DNA from: Candidatus Obscuribacterales bacterium
Lineage (GTDB): Bacteria; Cyanobacteriota; Vampirovibrionia; Obscuribacterales; Obscuribacteraceae
Direction of reading: 5' to 3'
DNA: 64,000 nt
NCBI GenBank assembly: GCA_965228855.1
Contig: CBDDIJ010000004.1
Location: 118,138 to 182,137, forward strand
Shown: in pieces, positions 8,801 through 18,502 of the stretch
Position numbering within the stretch: position 1 is the stretch's first letter
Layout of the letters: the number at the start of each line of letters is the position of its first letter
Program-made: the position numbers and the translations under genes
The notes under the pieces: generated by a model
Seen by the model: only the letters and a program-made list of their open reading frames with translations
Told to the model about the DNA's origin: nothing
Databases searched by the model: none

Positions 8801-9736
8801 ATGGACACTCTCTCAAAGCGATTGGCGGTTGTTGGCGTCCCCTCCGGGGCCGGCGCGTGTGGTGTGGGCCAGGAGGAAACGCCGGCCGCGATGCGTGCTG
8901 CGGGGCTCATTGAGCATCTCGGCCGGGTAGGCTTCGACGTCGCCGACCTCGGCGACTCCGAAGTCATCCCATGGCGCCCGGATCGCGCTAGTCCCCGCGC
9001 GCAGAATGTTGGAGCGATCGCCGGCATGCTCCGATCAACCGTCAGTCGAGTGGCAAGCGCGCTGTCGGAGGAGCGCAAGCGGATGGTGCTCGTGCTCGGC
9101 GGCGATTGCACGGTAGGCATCGGGACCATGGCCGGCGTTCGACAGGCGCTTGGCCCCGTCGCGTTGGCCTATTTCGACCTGCACTCCGATCTCAACACCC
9201 CCGAGAGCATGTCCGACGGCGCGATCGACTGGATGGCGCTCGGGCACATGCTGGCGATCGAAGGCAGCGATCCCGACTTACTCAGCGCGGCCGGCCAACA
9301 GCCGGTCATCACACCTGACCACATCGTGATGATTGGCCAGGACCGTTCTCGCGCGACCAGGTTCGAACGACGCCAACTCGATGAGTTCGGCATCCCAATC
9401 GTGCCTGTCGATGAAGTCCGGGCCGATCCACGAGCTGCCGCCCGCCGCGCGCGCAATTTGCTCGCCGAGCGTAGCGATCGCTATGCGATCCATCTCGATG
9501 TCGACGTCGTCGACTTCACCGATGCCCCACTGTCCGAACACCCGTCGCGCAATGTCGGCCTCAGGCTCGAGGAGATGCTGAGCGCCTTGAGGGTGCTCGC
9601 ATCGGGGCCGGGCCTGATTGCAATCACGCTCACCGAACTCAATCCTCACAACGCTGCTTACGACCCAGGATTGCTTGATCGGTTCGTCGCAAGATTGTCC
9701 GAGGCCATTTCGCGTGCCGGCACCGATCTACGCTGA
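8801..9736 (+). CDS. Arginase/ureohydrolase-family protein
   Basis: GGDCT, FDLHSDLNTP, HLDVDVVD, TELNP motifs. Confidence 0.88.
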   Translation: MDTLSKRLAVVGVPSGAGACGVGQEETPAAMRAAGLIEHLGRVGFDVADLGDSEVIPWRPDRASPRAQNVGAIAGMLRSTVSRVASALSEERKRMVLVLGGDCTVGIGTMAGVRQALGPVALAYFDLHSDLNTPESMSDGAIDWMALGHMLAIEGSDPDLLSAAGQQPVITPDHIVMIGQDRSRATRFERRQLDEFGIPIVPVDEVRADPRAAARRARNLLAERSDRYAIHLDVDVVDFTDAPLSEHPSRNVGLRLEEMLSALRVLASGPGLIAITLTELNPHNAAYDPGLLDRFVARLSEAISRAGTDLR

Positions 9737-9811
9737 CACGGGCAATCCATCGACGCCGTCGAAGCCAATATCCTTTGGATGTTTTGACGACTGGAATGCT
9801 AGCATCGTCAC

Positions 9812-11059
9812 ATGAAACTGGAGCGAATTTCCAACGGGATGCTTCCGGCCGGACTGCACCCCGGATGGCCAGTTCTGTTTGCGGCCATGGTCGGTACTTT
9901 CATGACCATACCCGGCCAGACCGTGGGCGTCGCGCCTTTCGTCGACCATATTGGCTCAGACCTCCAGCTCCAGCGCGACCACGTCCTGTTGCTCTATAGC
10001 CTGGGCACCTTGCTTGGCATTCTGCCGGCACCCCTCATTGGCCGTCTCATCGACAGATACGGTCCCAGGCGCGCTATTGCGGTCATTGTTCCGGCGGTCA
10101 GCGCGGCGTGCGTTGGACTCTCGCTGGTGACCGGCCCGCTGGGTTTGGCAATCGCCTTCACTATGCTGCGGGGCTGCGCTATTGGAGGCTTGAACCTCGT
10201 CAGTGGGCATATGATCAACCTGTGGTTCGACCGGTATCGCGGTCGCGCCAACGCAGTGTCCATGATGGGCCTGGCCTTCGGCGGATTCGTCGTTCCGGGA
10301 CTGGCTGAGCAGATCACGGGGGTGTTCGGTTGGCGGAACTCCTATCTCGCCCTGGCCGCAGGCGTCCTTGTGATTATGCTTCCGGTGGGACTGCTGTTCT
10401 TTCGCAACCGACCGCAAAGTTACGGCGAGGTGCCGGATTTTGGGCGGGCATCGGCAACGAGGGTCGCCGAGCTTGCAGGTGGGCTGAGCGTCAGGGAAGC
10501 GCTGCGTACACCGATGCTGTGGTATCTGCTGGCAGTTGCAGTGATCGTCAACGCGGTGGGGACGGCGCTGCTGCTGGATCAGTTGCGCGTGCTCACCTCC
10601 GCCGGGCTGGAGCGTGCGACGGCAGTTGGCCTGCTGGGTGTTGTTACTTTTGCGCAGGCCATCTCCGTTCTCGGTGGCGGTGTGCTGATCGACCGCGCCG
10701 GCACGAGGCCCCTCAGTGTACTGGGTCTCCTGGTAGGAGCATTGTCCATCACCTGCGTGATGCTGGCTCCCGGTTTGGTCGCGGGTTGGGCATACGCGGC
10801 CTCGCTCGGGGCCTTCCTTGGCCTTCTCCAGGTTTCTCAGGGGGCGGCCGTCGCCGAGCAGTTCGGCACGCGTGCGCTGGGGACACTGAGAGGACTGGTC
10901 TTCGCCGTCGGCGTCTTGGGGGCGGCGGCCGGTCCCCTGCCGATGGTCTTATGGTCTGAAGAAGCGGGCTACACGATCTTCCTGGCGCTGATCGCCGGCG
11001 CCGTGCTGCTGGGAACACTGGCATCGGCGCCAAAATGGCAGGTCGCACCGGGACAGTGA
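9812..11059 (+). CDS. MFS transporter
   Basis: 12-TM pattern, GRLIDRYGPR motif A. Confidence 0.9.
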   Translation: MKLERISNGMLPAGLHPGWPVLFAAMVGTFMTIPGQTVGVAPFVDHIGSDLQLQRDHVLLLYSLGTLLGILPAPLIGRLIDRYGPRRAIAVIVPAVSAACVGLSLVTGPLGLAIAFTMLRGCAIGGLNLVSGHMINLWFDRYRGRANAVSMMGLAFGGFVVPGLAEQITGVFGWRNSYLALAAGVLVIMLPVGLLFFRNRPQSYGEVPDFGRASATRVAELAGGLSVREALRTPMLWYLLAVAVIVNAVGTALLLDQLRVLTSAGLERATAVGLLGVVTFAQAISVLGGGVLIDRAGTRPLSVLGLLVGALSITCVMLAPGLVAGWAYAASLGAFLGLLQVSQGAAVAEQFGTRALGTLRGLVFAVGVLGAAAGPLPMVLWSEEAGYTIFLALIAGAVLLGTLASAPKWQVAPGQ

Positions 11060-11063
11060 CACA

Positions 11064-12638
11064 TTAATGGGCGTGCCCCTCGGGCACGTCGGCTGGCGAG
11101 TGCTCAATTCCAACGGGCTGACTTAGATCATCGACCACCACAAACTGTCCCATCATACCCATGTCCTCGTGCTCGAGGATGTGACAGTGGAACATGTAGG
11201 GCATGTTCGGATCGGCATAGTCCGCAAATCGCATGATGATGCGCACTGTCTCTGCCGGTAGCACTACCACGGTGTCCTTCCATCCCTGCTCGTAGAGGGG
11301 CGGCGGTCGGCCATCGCGGTCGAGCACCTGGAACTGAACGCCGTGCACGTGGAAAGGGTGATAGGACACGGAGAGATTCTGCACGCTCCAGATCTCGAGG
11401 TCGCCGCGGCGCACGATCTGGTCGATGCGCATATGATCCATGGCCAGGTTGTTGATGGTGCGTGCCTCCGGGTCGAGTGTGAATTTGCGAGTACGCACGG
11501 CATCACCTTCCGCATAGCGCTCGATGGCGCTCAGCGTCGGTGGAATCGACTCCGCTGGAAAACTGCCAGCGCGCGTCCGCAGTTCGAGGATCTGGAACTG
11601 CTGCTTCTCGTCGTTATCCGGAAGGAAGATGCCCTGCGCGAGATTGATGATCGGGTTCACCGGATCGATGATCGGGTAACTCACCAGGGTGATCGCTGCG
11701 GGTGCGTCGCTTAGATTGACGAGAATTTCGGCTCGCTCGGCGACAGCGAGGATCATGCGTGTGCGCTCCACCGGCGCAGCGAGCAGTCCGCCATCGCTTG
11801 CGATTTGCCAGAATGGCCGTCCATCCGACAAGCCGAAGTTGTAACGCCGTGCATTGGAGCCGTTGATCAGACGTAGGCGAACGAGCTTCGCTGGCACGTC
11901 CAGGTATGGTGCATAGGTGCCGTTAACGAGAATGGTATCGCCCAGCATTCCCGGTGTGATGAGCGCGTCATCATCGTGTCGATAGACCAGTTCCCCCGCA
12001 TCGTCGAACAGCCGGTCCTGCACCACGAGGGGTATATCGTCGATGCCGTAGTCCGCAGGCAGGTCGAGCGCATCTGAATTCGCATCGTCGATCAGGAACA
12101 CCCCGGCAAGGCCGCGATAGACCTGCTCGCCGGTCTTGCCCATGAGATGAGGGTGGTACCACAGCGTTGCCGCTTGGTTCTTGATCGTCCAGTTCGGCGA
12201 CCAGGAACCCCCGGCCTCAATCACCTGATGCGGCCCGCCGTCCATGGCCGCAGGCAGCTCCATGCCGTGCCAGTGCACCGTCGCGGTCTCGTCCAAGGCG
12301 TTAGTGATCTCGAAGCGTACAGCGTCACCCTTGCTCGCCCGGAGCGTTGGCCCAAGGTAGCTACCATTGAAGCCCAGCGTTGCCGTCTGCTTGCCGGGCA
12401 ACAGTTCGGCAGTTCCGCTTTGCACGGCCAAGGTGAACACCTTGACGCCATCCACTACTCGAGGTTCGAGGAGCGGCGGGATGTGCAGCCTCTGCGTCAG
12501 CGCGATCTGCGAATTCGGATAGGTCGTGGTCTCGAAGCTCGGGTAGATCAGTGCCGCCGACAGCACCACGATGATCACGATGCCGAGGACGGCAACGAAA
12601 CCGAGGATGACCTTGGGCAAGAGGCGCAGCCGGCGCAT
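11064..12638 (-). CDS. Multicopper oxidase (CueO/SufI-like)
   Basis: HWHG, WYHPH, HPFHVH, HCHILEHEDMGM copper sites; start after GGAGAGG RBS. Confidence 0.92.
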   Translation of the reverse strand: MRRLRLLPKVILGFVAVLGIVIIVVLSAALIYPSFETTTYPNSQIALTQRLHIPPLLEPRVVDGVKVFTLAVQSGTAELLPGKQTATLGFNGSYLGPTLRASKGDAVRFEITNALDETATVHWHGMELPAAMDGGPHQVIEAGGSWSPNWTIKNQAATLWYHPHLMGKTGEQVYRGLAGVFLIDDANSDALDLPADYGIDDIPLVVQDRLFDDAGELVYRHDDDALITPGMLGDTILVNGTYAPYLDVPAKLVRLRLINGSNARRYNFGLSDGRPFWQIASDGGLLAAPVERTRMILAVAERAEILVNLSDAPAAITLVSYPIIDPVNPIINLAQGIFLPDNDEKQQFQILELRTRAGSFPAESIPPTLSAIERYAEGDAVRTRKFTLDPEARTINNLAMDHMRIDQIVRRGDLEIWSVQNLSVSYHPFHVHGVQFQVLDRDGRPPPLYEQGWKDTVVVLPAETVRIIMRFADYADPNMPYMFHCHILEHEDMGMMGQFVVVDDLSQPVGIEHSPADVPEGHAH

Positions 12639-12660
12639 TCTTCCTCTCCGAGTGCCAAGA

Positions 12661-12690
12661 TATAAGCATATGGGCACGCAAATGCATATA
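12661..12690. promoter_or_regulatory. ArsR/SmtB-type operator
   Basis: Imperfect dyad TATAAGCATATG-N6-CAAATGCATATA between the divergent oxidase and ArsR genes. Confidence 0.6.
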
Positions 12691-12753
12691 TCTGAAGCTT
12701 GCGCCCAAACGGTCTTGAGTCGGATAGTCAGATTGCGAGGATGGAGCGAGACC

Positions 12754-13080
12754 ATGAGTATGTCGCGCCGGCAAATGGCCGATAAGTGTGTGGCGGCCTT
12801 CGATATCGAATTCTTCCGCGCCATGTGCGAACCGGCACGATTGGCGGTTGTGCGCGAGCTGATGGTCCTGGGGCGTGCCGATATCGCTGCCGTCGCAAAG
12901 AACCTACCTCAGGACAGGTCGGTCGTCGCACGCCACTTAAGGCAGTTGGCCGCCGTCCAGGTCGTCACGGCCACCAAAGAGGGGCGGCATGTCTACTATC
13001 AGATTGACGCAGCTGGCGTCAGATCGCGCATGGAGGGCCTGCGGGAACTCGTGGACCTCGTTCAGTCAGTGGTAGACTAG
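12754..13080 (+). CDS. ArsR/SmtB-family regulator
   Basis: FFRAMCEPARL, SVVARHL, KEGRHVYY. Confidence 0.85.
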   Translation: MSMSRRQMADKCVAAFDIEFFRAMCEPARLAVVRELMVLGRADIAAVAKNLPQDRSVVARHLRQLAAVQVVTATKEGRHVYYQIDAAGVRSRMEGLRELVDLVQSVVD

Positions 13081-13122
13081 ACGGCCCCAACAGACCTGCC
13101 TCGGCCATTGCGGCCAGCGTGT

Positions 13123-14367
13123 CTACGAGACCGGCCTCGAACGGCCGAAGCCGCCGCTGGATCTCCACGCGGCGGCCCAGAACGCCAGAGCCATGATCAC
13201 TGACGTGGCGACGATAGCCGCCAGCACGACGGCATAGCTGCCGGTGGCGGCCCAGATCCAGGCCGCTGCAAGAGGTGCAACTGCTTTGGCCAACACCATT
13301 GGGACAGCCAACGCACCATTGATAGCGCCGTAGGATTCCCGGGAGACCATCTCGGGGATAGCAATCCCGCGAACAATGGTCATGACGCCGTTTGCGCCGC
13401 CGTAGAGAACGGCGACCAGAGCTATGATCCAGAACTGCTGTGGTGCGAGGTAGAGGATGGTCATCGCCACAGGGAATATCGCCACCACAAGGAAACCGAT
13501 CCGCCGACCCGACACCTCGCCAGCGAACACCTTGACCACCACCCTGCCCACTACTTGCGCTGGTCCGATAATCGCCATTGCGAGAACCACCGTGCCGGCA
13601 TCGAAGCCGCGCTCCAGCATCATCGGGTAGAAGTGGAAAATGAACGCCGAGAAGGTCGCGGTATAGGCGCCGAATGCGACCGCCAACCCCCAGAACACGG
13701 GGTTGCGCAGTGCCAAGACGAGAGGCGGATGTGCCGCCTCGCCTCTCACAATTGGGCGGGCCGGTTGGTCTCGTCGAGGATCGATGACCAAGAAGTAGAG
13801 GGCGGCGCAGAGCACGATGTTGACCGCACCTAGCACCTCGAGTGTCCCGCGCCAGCCGAAGGCATCCAGCAGAATTTGGATGAGGGGTACAAAGACCGTC
13901 GAAGCGAAGCCGCCCCAGAGCGTCAAAGCAGTGATGCCGTTGCGCGAATGCTCTGGACCAGCCCTGCGAGCGATCACGGCGAAGGCCGGCTCGTACAAGG
14001 TCGCCGCCTGCAGTGCCCCAACCGCGGCGGCCGTCAGGTAGAAGAGCGGAAGGGAATCGACCTGTGACCACAGGAGCAGCATGAGGCCGGCTAGCACCGA
14101 TGCGGCGGCCATCACATATCGACCGTGCCCGCGATCGATGGCAGCGCCAACGGGCACCGCCACCAGCGCTGACAGGAGCAGCCCGATCGTGGCGCCGAGA
14201 TAGAGGTCCGTCTTCGACCACCCGAGGTCAGCCTCCATCGCGGACGCGATCAACGGGAAGCTGTAGTAGAGCGAACCCCATGAACATATTTGCGCGACGC
14301 CGAGGCCGGTGATGAAGGTGCTCGCCCCCCGCACCGGCTGGCCAACACCAGCCGCGGAGTCCGTCAT
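13123..14367 (-). CDS. arsK: MFS arsenical efflux permease (ArsK-like)
   Basis: QICSWGSLYYSF, ATLYEPAF, TLWGGFASTVF; ATGA-coupled to the flavoprotein gene. Confidence 0.7.
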   Translation of the reverse strand: MTDSAAGVGQPVRGASTFITGLGVAQICSWGSLYYSFPLIASAMEADLGWSKTDLYLGATIGLLLSALVAVPVGAAIDRGHGRYVMAAASVLAGLMLLLWSQVDSLPLFYLTAAAVGALQAATLYEPAFAVIARRAGPEHSRNGITALTLWGGFASTVFVPLIQILLDAFGWRGTLEVLGAVNIVLCAALYFLVIDPRRDQPARPIVRGEAAHPPLVLALRNPVFWGLAVAFGAYTATFSAFIFHFYPMMLERGFDAGTVVLAMAIIGPAQVVGRVVVKVFAGEVSGRRIGFLVVAIFPVAMTILYLAPQQFWIIALVAVLYGGANGVMTIVRGIAIPEMVSRESYGAINGALAVPMVLAKAVAPLAAAWIWAATGSYAVVLAAIVATSVIMALAFWAAAWRSSGGFGRSRPVS

Positions 14368-15761
14368 GCGGGTTCGGACACTTTCACCGGTTGAGTAGCC
14401 GATGTGCCGCAGCCGCACCCAGCTTCGCCCTCCGATTTGGCAACCTCATCGGCCACACAGCAGGAGCTCTCGGATGCCGCCGGACCGCCACAACAGCTCG
14501 ACGCACCTAGGGACGCTGGGGCCACGCTGCAAACGCCGGTTTCCGGCAGAACCAGATGTACTTGGCGAGCAGCCACGTGATCACCCGCAAGCTCTGCGAC
14601 GACGGAGCGAACCTGCTCGTATCCGGTCGCCATCAGGAACGTTGGCGCCCGTCCATAGGACTTTGACCCAACGATGTAGAAGCCGGCTTCGGGCTGCGTC
14701 AGCTCGTCGACACCATGCGGCGGTACCGTACCGCAGGAATGAAAGTTCGGATCGATCAGTGGCGACAGAGCCGGCGGGGCTTCTGTGGCCGGATCCGTGG
14801 CGATACGCAACTCGGACAGCATGCCGAGGTCGGGGCGGAAGCCTGTAGCGACGACGACGCGGTCAACCAGCAGCGTCCTAGAAGTGTCGCCGAGCATGCC
14901 CATCACCGCCACGCCGGTGTCCGATCGCGCCAGCCGCGTTGCCGCAAAGGGGGCCAGGATTTGTAGTCGTCCTGCATCTATCGCTCGCTTGGCCGCCAGC
15001 CCCAAGGCGCCTCGTTCAGGCAACTGGTCGTTGAGACCGCCGCCGAGAAGTTTCTCGATCCGATTGCGACGCAGTGCCCAAAGCACCTTGGTGTTCGGGT
15101 CTTGGTCCTGAAGCGAGAGCAGCGCGAGCGCCGCATTGATCGCGGAGTGCCCGCTGCCGACGACCAGCACGGTCTTGCCGGCGTAGGTTCCGCGCTCAGT
15201 GCCGAGGACGTCCGGAATTCCATAGGAAATCGTGTCGCTCACGGTGCGCTCGCCGAGAACCGGCAGACCGTCGACCCCAATTGGGTTGGGTTGGGTCCAT
15301 GTACCCGAGGCGTCGATCACCGCACGTGCCAAGGTCGCCTGCTCGTTGCCATTCACATCGGTCCAGCGAATCTCGAATGGGGCCTTCTCGCGACCGGAGT
15401 TCGAGACCTTGTCGAGGCCCTGCCGGGTGATCGATGTCACGGTGGCGCCGAGGTGCAGATGCGGAGCGATCTGCGGCAGCTCGGCCAGCGGCTGCAGGTA
15501 GCGATCGACGATCTCGCCGCCGGTCGGCAGGTCGGTGTCCTCGGGCGCATCCCAGCCGGACGCCTCAAGGAGCGAACGGGCAGTAGCGTCGATGTTGTAC
15601 TGCCAGGGCGAGAACACCCGGACGTGGGACCATTCGCGCAGCGACGCGCCCACACCTGCCCCGCGCTCGAAAATCACCGGCGTGAGGCCGCGGGAGACGA
15701 TCTGCGCGGCAGCGGCGAGGCCCACGGGGCCGGCGCCGATCACGGCGATTGGGAGGGTCAT
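14364..15761 (-). CDS. FAD-dependent monooxygenase (ArsV/ArsO-like)
   Basis: GAGPVG and GSGHSA motifs, HSCGTV, SYGRAPTFL, Cys-rich tail. Confidence 0.82.
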   Translation of the reverse strand: MTLPIAVIGAGPVGLAAAAQIVSRGLTPVIFERGAGVGASLREWSHVRVFSPWQYNIDATARSLLEASGWDAPEDTDLPTGGEIVDRYLQPLAELPQIAPHLHLGATVTSITRQGLDKVSNSGREKAPFEIRWTDVNGNEQATLARAVIDASGTWTQPNPIGVDGLPVLGERTVSDTISYGIPDVLGTERGTYAGKTVLVVGSGHSAINAALALLSLQDQDPNTKVLWALRRNRIEKLLGGGLNDQLPERGALGLAAKRAIDAGRLQILAPFAATRLARSDTGVAVMGMLGDTSRTLLVDRVVVATGFRPDLGMLSELRIATDPATEAPPALSPLIDPNFHSCGTVPPHGVDELTQPEAGFYIVGSKSYGRAPTFLMATGYEQVRSVVAELAGDHVAARQVHLVLPETGVCSVAPASLGASSCCGGPAASESSCCVADEVAKSEGEAGCGCGTSATQPVKVSEPA

Positions 15762-15811
15762 CGTTTCTATCCTTCTAGAAGGTTCGAATATCGGGTCAAA
15801 ACAAAAGCGGC

Positions 15812-16132
15812 TCAGGCGGCGGCTTCCTGGGTTTCGGTGGCGCAGCCGCTGTCCGCGCAGCACTCGTCGGCGAGGTATCCGATGAGGGAGTTCATGCTGG
15901 AGTAGTTGGCGCGGCAGATTAAGGTCGTCGCCTGACGCTCCTGGCTGACGAGGTTCACCTCGACGAGCTTTTTGATGTGGTGCGACAAGGTCGAGCCGGC
16001 GATGTCCAGTTTGAGCTGGAGCTTGCCGACCGGAAGGCCGTTGTCACCCGCGCGAACGAGCGTCCGGTAGATTGTGAGCCTGGTCGTGTTGCCAAGCGCT
16101 TCGAGCTGCGATGCGACTGTTTCGAGTTTCAT
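15812..16132 (-). CDS. arsR: ArsR-family regulator
   Basis: ALGNTTRL, STLSHH, C-terminal ECC. Confidence 0.85.
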   Translation of the reverse strand: MKLETVASQLEALGNTTRLTIYRTLVRAGDNGLPVGKLQLKLDIAGSTLSHHIKKLVEVNLVSQERQATTLICRANYSSMNSLIGYLADECCADSGCATETQEAAA

Positions 16133-16247
16133 GGAAATAGCGTAGCGGCGCCGGATCGGCTCGTCAAGCATATTTCCACAATGATCGAAATTTCTGTCAT
16201 CAAACCTTCACTGGACACTCGCTTGTTGTATCCATAATCCTCGATAT

Positions 16248-16607
16248 ATGGAATCACCACTTGCCGTCGATGCCTTCGCCGCATTGTCCCAGTCGACCCG
16301 TCTTGACGCCTTCCGGCTGATCATGAAGCACGAACCCGACGGCTTGCCGGCCGGCGAGGTCGCTCGGCTGCTCGACGTGCCCCAGAATACGATGTCGAGC
16401 CATTTGGCCGTCTTGGCCCGCGCCGGGCTCATCAGCTCGGAACGGCAAAGCCGGTCGATCATCTACCGGGCCGAGATCGACAAGGTTCGCGAGCTCGCGA
16501 GTTTCCTGGTGACCGATTGCTGCGGCGGCCGGCCCGAACTGTGCGAGCCGCTCGTCGCCGAGTTCACACCATGCTGCCTTCCCGGGGAGGGAAAGAATGC
16601 CTGCTGA
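16248..16607 (+). CDS. arsR: ArsR-family regulator
   Basis: ALSQSTRL, NTMSSHL, DCCGGRPELC. Confidence 0.9.
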   Translation: MESPLAVDAFAALSQSTRLDAFRLIMKHEPDGLPAGEVARLLDVPQNTMSSHLAVLARAGLISSERQSRSIIYRAEIDKVRELASFLVTDCCGGRPELCEPLVAEFTPCCLPGEGKNAC

Positions 16608-17127
16608 TCGCGTCTACAATGTCCTGTTTCTCTGCACCGGCAACTCTGCCCGTTCCATCCTTGCTGAGGCCCTATTGAACCACGTGGCAGGTGGACGCTT
16701 CCACGCCTACTCGGCGGGCAGTACTCCCAGGGGTCAGGTCCACTCGATGTCGCTTGAGGTACTCAAGAGCGCGGGGATTTCCACTGAGGGACTCCGGTCA
16801 AAACCCTGGGACGAGTTCGCTGTTCCCGGCGCGCCGAAAATGGATTTCGTCTTCACCGTCTGCGACAACGCCGCTGGAGAGACGTGCCCAGTATGGCCGG
16901 GTCAACCGATGACCGCGCACTGGGGCATCGAGGACCCTGCCACCGTTGACGGACCGGAGTTCAAGCAGAGGGCAGCATTCGAGGATGCCCTGCGGTTCAT
17001 GCGCAATCGCATCGCCGCATTCATCAGTCTCCCGCTGGACAGCATCGACAGGATGGTCCTGGGATCGAAGTTGGGGGGCATCGGCGCCATGGACGGCTCG
17101 ACGTCGAAGTCGTCCGGCGCCGCATGA
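16597..17127 (+). CDS. arsC: Arsenate reductase, LMW-PTP type
   Basis: FLCTGNSARS, VCDNAAGETCP, HWGIEDP. Confidence 0.92.
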   Translation: MPADRVYNVLFLCTGNSARSILAEALLNHVAGGRFHAYSAGSTPRGQVHSMSLEVLKSAGISTEGLRSKPWDEFAVPGAPKMDFVFTVCDNAAGETCPVWPGQPMTAHWGIEDPATVDGPEFKQRAAFEDALRFMRNRIAAFISLPLDSIDRMVLGSKLGGIGAMDGSTSKSSGAA

Positions 17128-17789
17128 GCCTTACTCGACGTACCGTTGCTGAGGGCCTCGGGACCGCGCTGCTGGTCGCGACGGTAGTTGGTTCGGGCAT
17201 CATGGCCGACCGCCTGACAGAAGACACCGCGCTGGCGCTGCTTGGAAATACCCTCCCGACGGGCGCCATCCTGTTCGTGCTGATTACGGTGCTCGGACCT
17301 GTGTCCGGAGCTCATCTCAACCCGGCCATTTCGATGATCTTCGCTCTGAGGCGGGACTTGTCATGGTTGGTCGCCGGGATCTACGTGCTGGCCCAACTGA
17401 TCGGCGGCATGTTGGGCAGTGTCGTTGCACATATGATGTTCGATCTGCCGATTGTGCAGGTCGCTACGCATGTCCGAGCAGGCGGCTCGCAGTGGCTCTC
17501 CGAAGCCATCGCCACGTTCGGGCTGGTTGCTGTTATCCTGGGCGGTCTCAGGTCGCGGCCGCAGGCCATCCCGGCACTGGTCGGTCTCTACATAACCGCG
17601 GCGTACTGGTTTACGGCGTCGACATCGTTCGCCAACCCCGCTGTCACCGTTGCTCGGGCCCTGACTGATACTTTCTCTGGCATCAGGCCCACGGATGCGC
17701 CGGCCTTCATAGCCGCGCAGCTCGTTGGCGCGCTCATCGCCTTGGTGGTTGCGGGTTGGCTCTTCAAACCGGCGGAGGCCGCGCAATGA
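17124..17789 (+). CDS. aqpS: Aquaglyceroporin arsenite channel (AqpS-like)
   Basis: Two NPA motifs (HLNPA, FANPA) within the ars operon. Confidence 0.85.
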   Translation: MSLTRRTVAEGLGTALLVATVVGSGIMADRLTEDTALALLGNTLPTGAILFVLITVLGPVSGAHLNPAISMIFALRRDLSWLVAGIYVLAQLIGGMLGSVVAHMMFDLPIVQVATHVRAGGSQWLSEAIATFGLVAVILGGLRSRPQAIPALVGLYITAAYWFTASTSFANPAVTVARALTDTFSGIRPTDAPAFIAAQLVGALIALVVAGWLFKPAEAAQ

Positions 17790-18208
17790 CCATCACGATC
17801 TATCACAACCCCGATTGCGGGACCTCGCGCAACACGCTGGCAATGATCCGTCAATCCGGCGAGGAACCTATCGTCATCGAATACCTCAAAACACCGCCCG
17901 ATCGAGCGACGATCGTTCGTCTGATCCACGACGCCGGATTGACTGTCGGGCAAGCACTTCGCCAGAAAGATACGCCTTTTGATGCACTGGGACTCGGGGA
18001 TCCGAAGAAGACCGACGACGAACTGCTGGACGCCATCGAGGAGCATCCAATCCTGCTTAACCGCCCTTTCGTCACCACCCTACTGGGCACCAAGCTCTGC
18101 CGCCCATCGGAAGCCGTGCTCGATATCCTGCCGAATCCGGACATCGGCCCTTACACCAAAGAGGACGGCGAGGTGGTAATCGACGCTTCTGGAAAGCGCG
18201 TGCGCTGA
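17786..18208 (+). CDS. arsC: Arsenate reductase, glutaredoxin type
   Basis: YHNPDCGTSRN, HPILLNRP, LCRPSE. Confidence 0.93.
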   Translation: MTITIYHNPDCGTSRNTLAMIRQSGEEPIVIEYLKTPPDRATIVRLIHDAGLTVGQALRQKDTPFDALGLGDPKKTDDELLDAIEEHPILLNRPFVTTLLGTKLCRPSEAVLDILPNPDIGPYTKEDGEVVIDASGKRVR

Positions 18209-18441
18209 CCAACCGCCAACTAGGGGCCGGTCCCCGCACCTGCGAACTAGAATAGCAGCAATTCTGCCTGCCTGCCGGGCGCAGCGAGCCCGTTTCGTTA
18301 GTTCGCGCCCGAACAGCTTGGAACCGCTAGTTTGAGCGCTGCTTTTTGTGGGTGGCGGTCCAGGACACGCCATCTCTTTGATCTTAGTTTCTCAAGAATG
18401 AGCGGTTGTACCAGTCTCCCCGGAAGGACAGCATAGATGAA

Positions 18442-18492
18442 GGCCCGCCCCGGCGAGATTCGAACTCACGACCTTTGCCTTCGAAGGGGCAA
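18442..18492 (-). pseudogene. tRNA-Arg-like 3' remnant (no D arm)
   Basis: TTGCC-CCTTCGAA-GGCAA arm, AGGTC, GTGAG-TTCGAAT-CTCGC T arm, CGGGGCG. Confidence 0.6.
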
Positions 18493-18502
18493 CCGACCAG
18501 CC

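Noticed and set aside
18425..18448. Short resemblance to the att arm at 189-216 (GGAC.AGCATAGA...AAGGCCC)
   Set aside because: Too short and gapped to separate from chance without alignment statistics.
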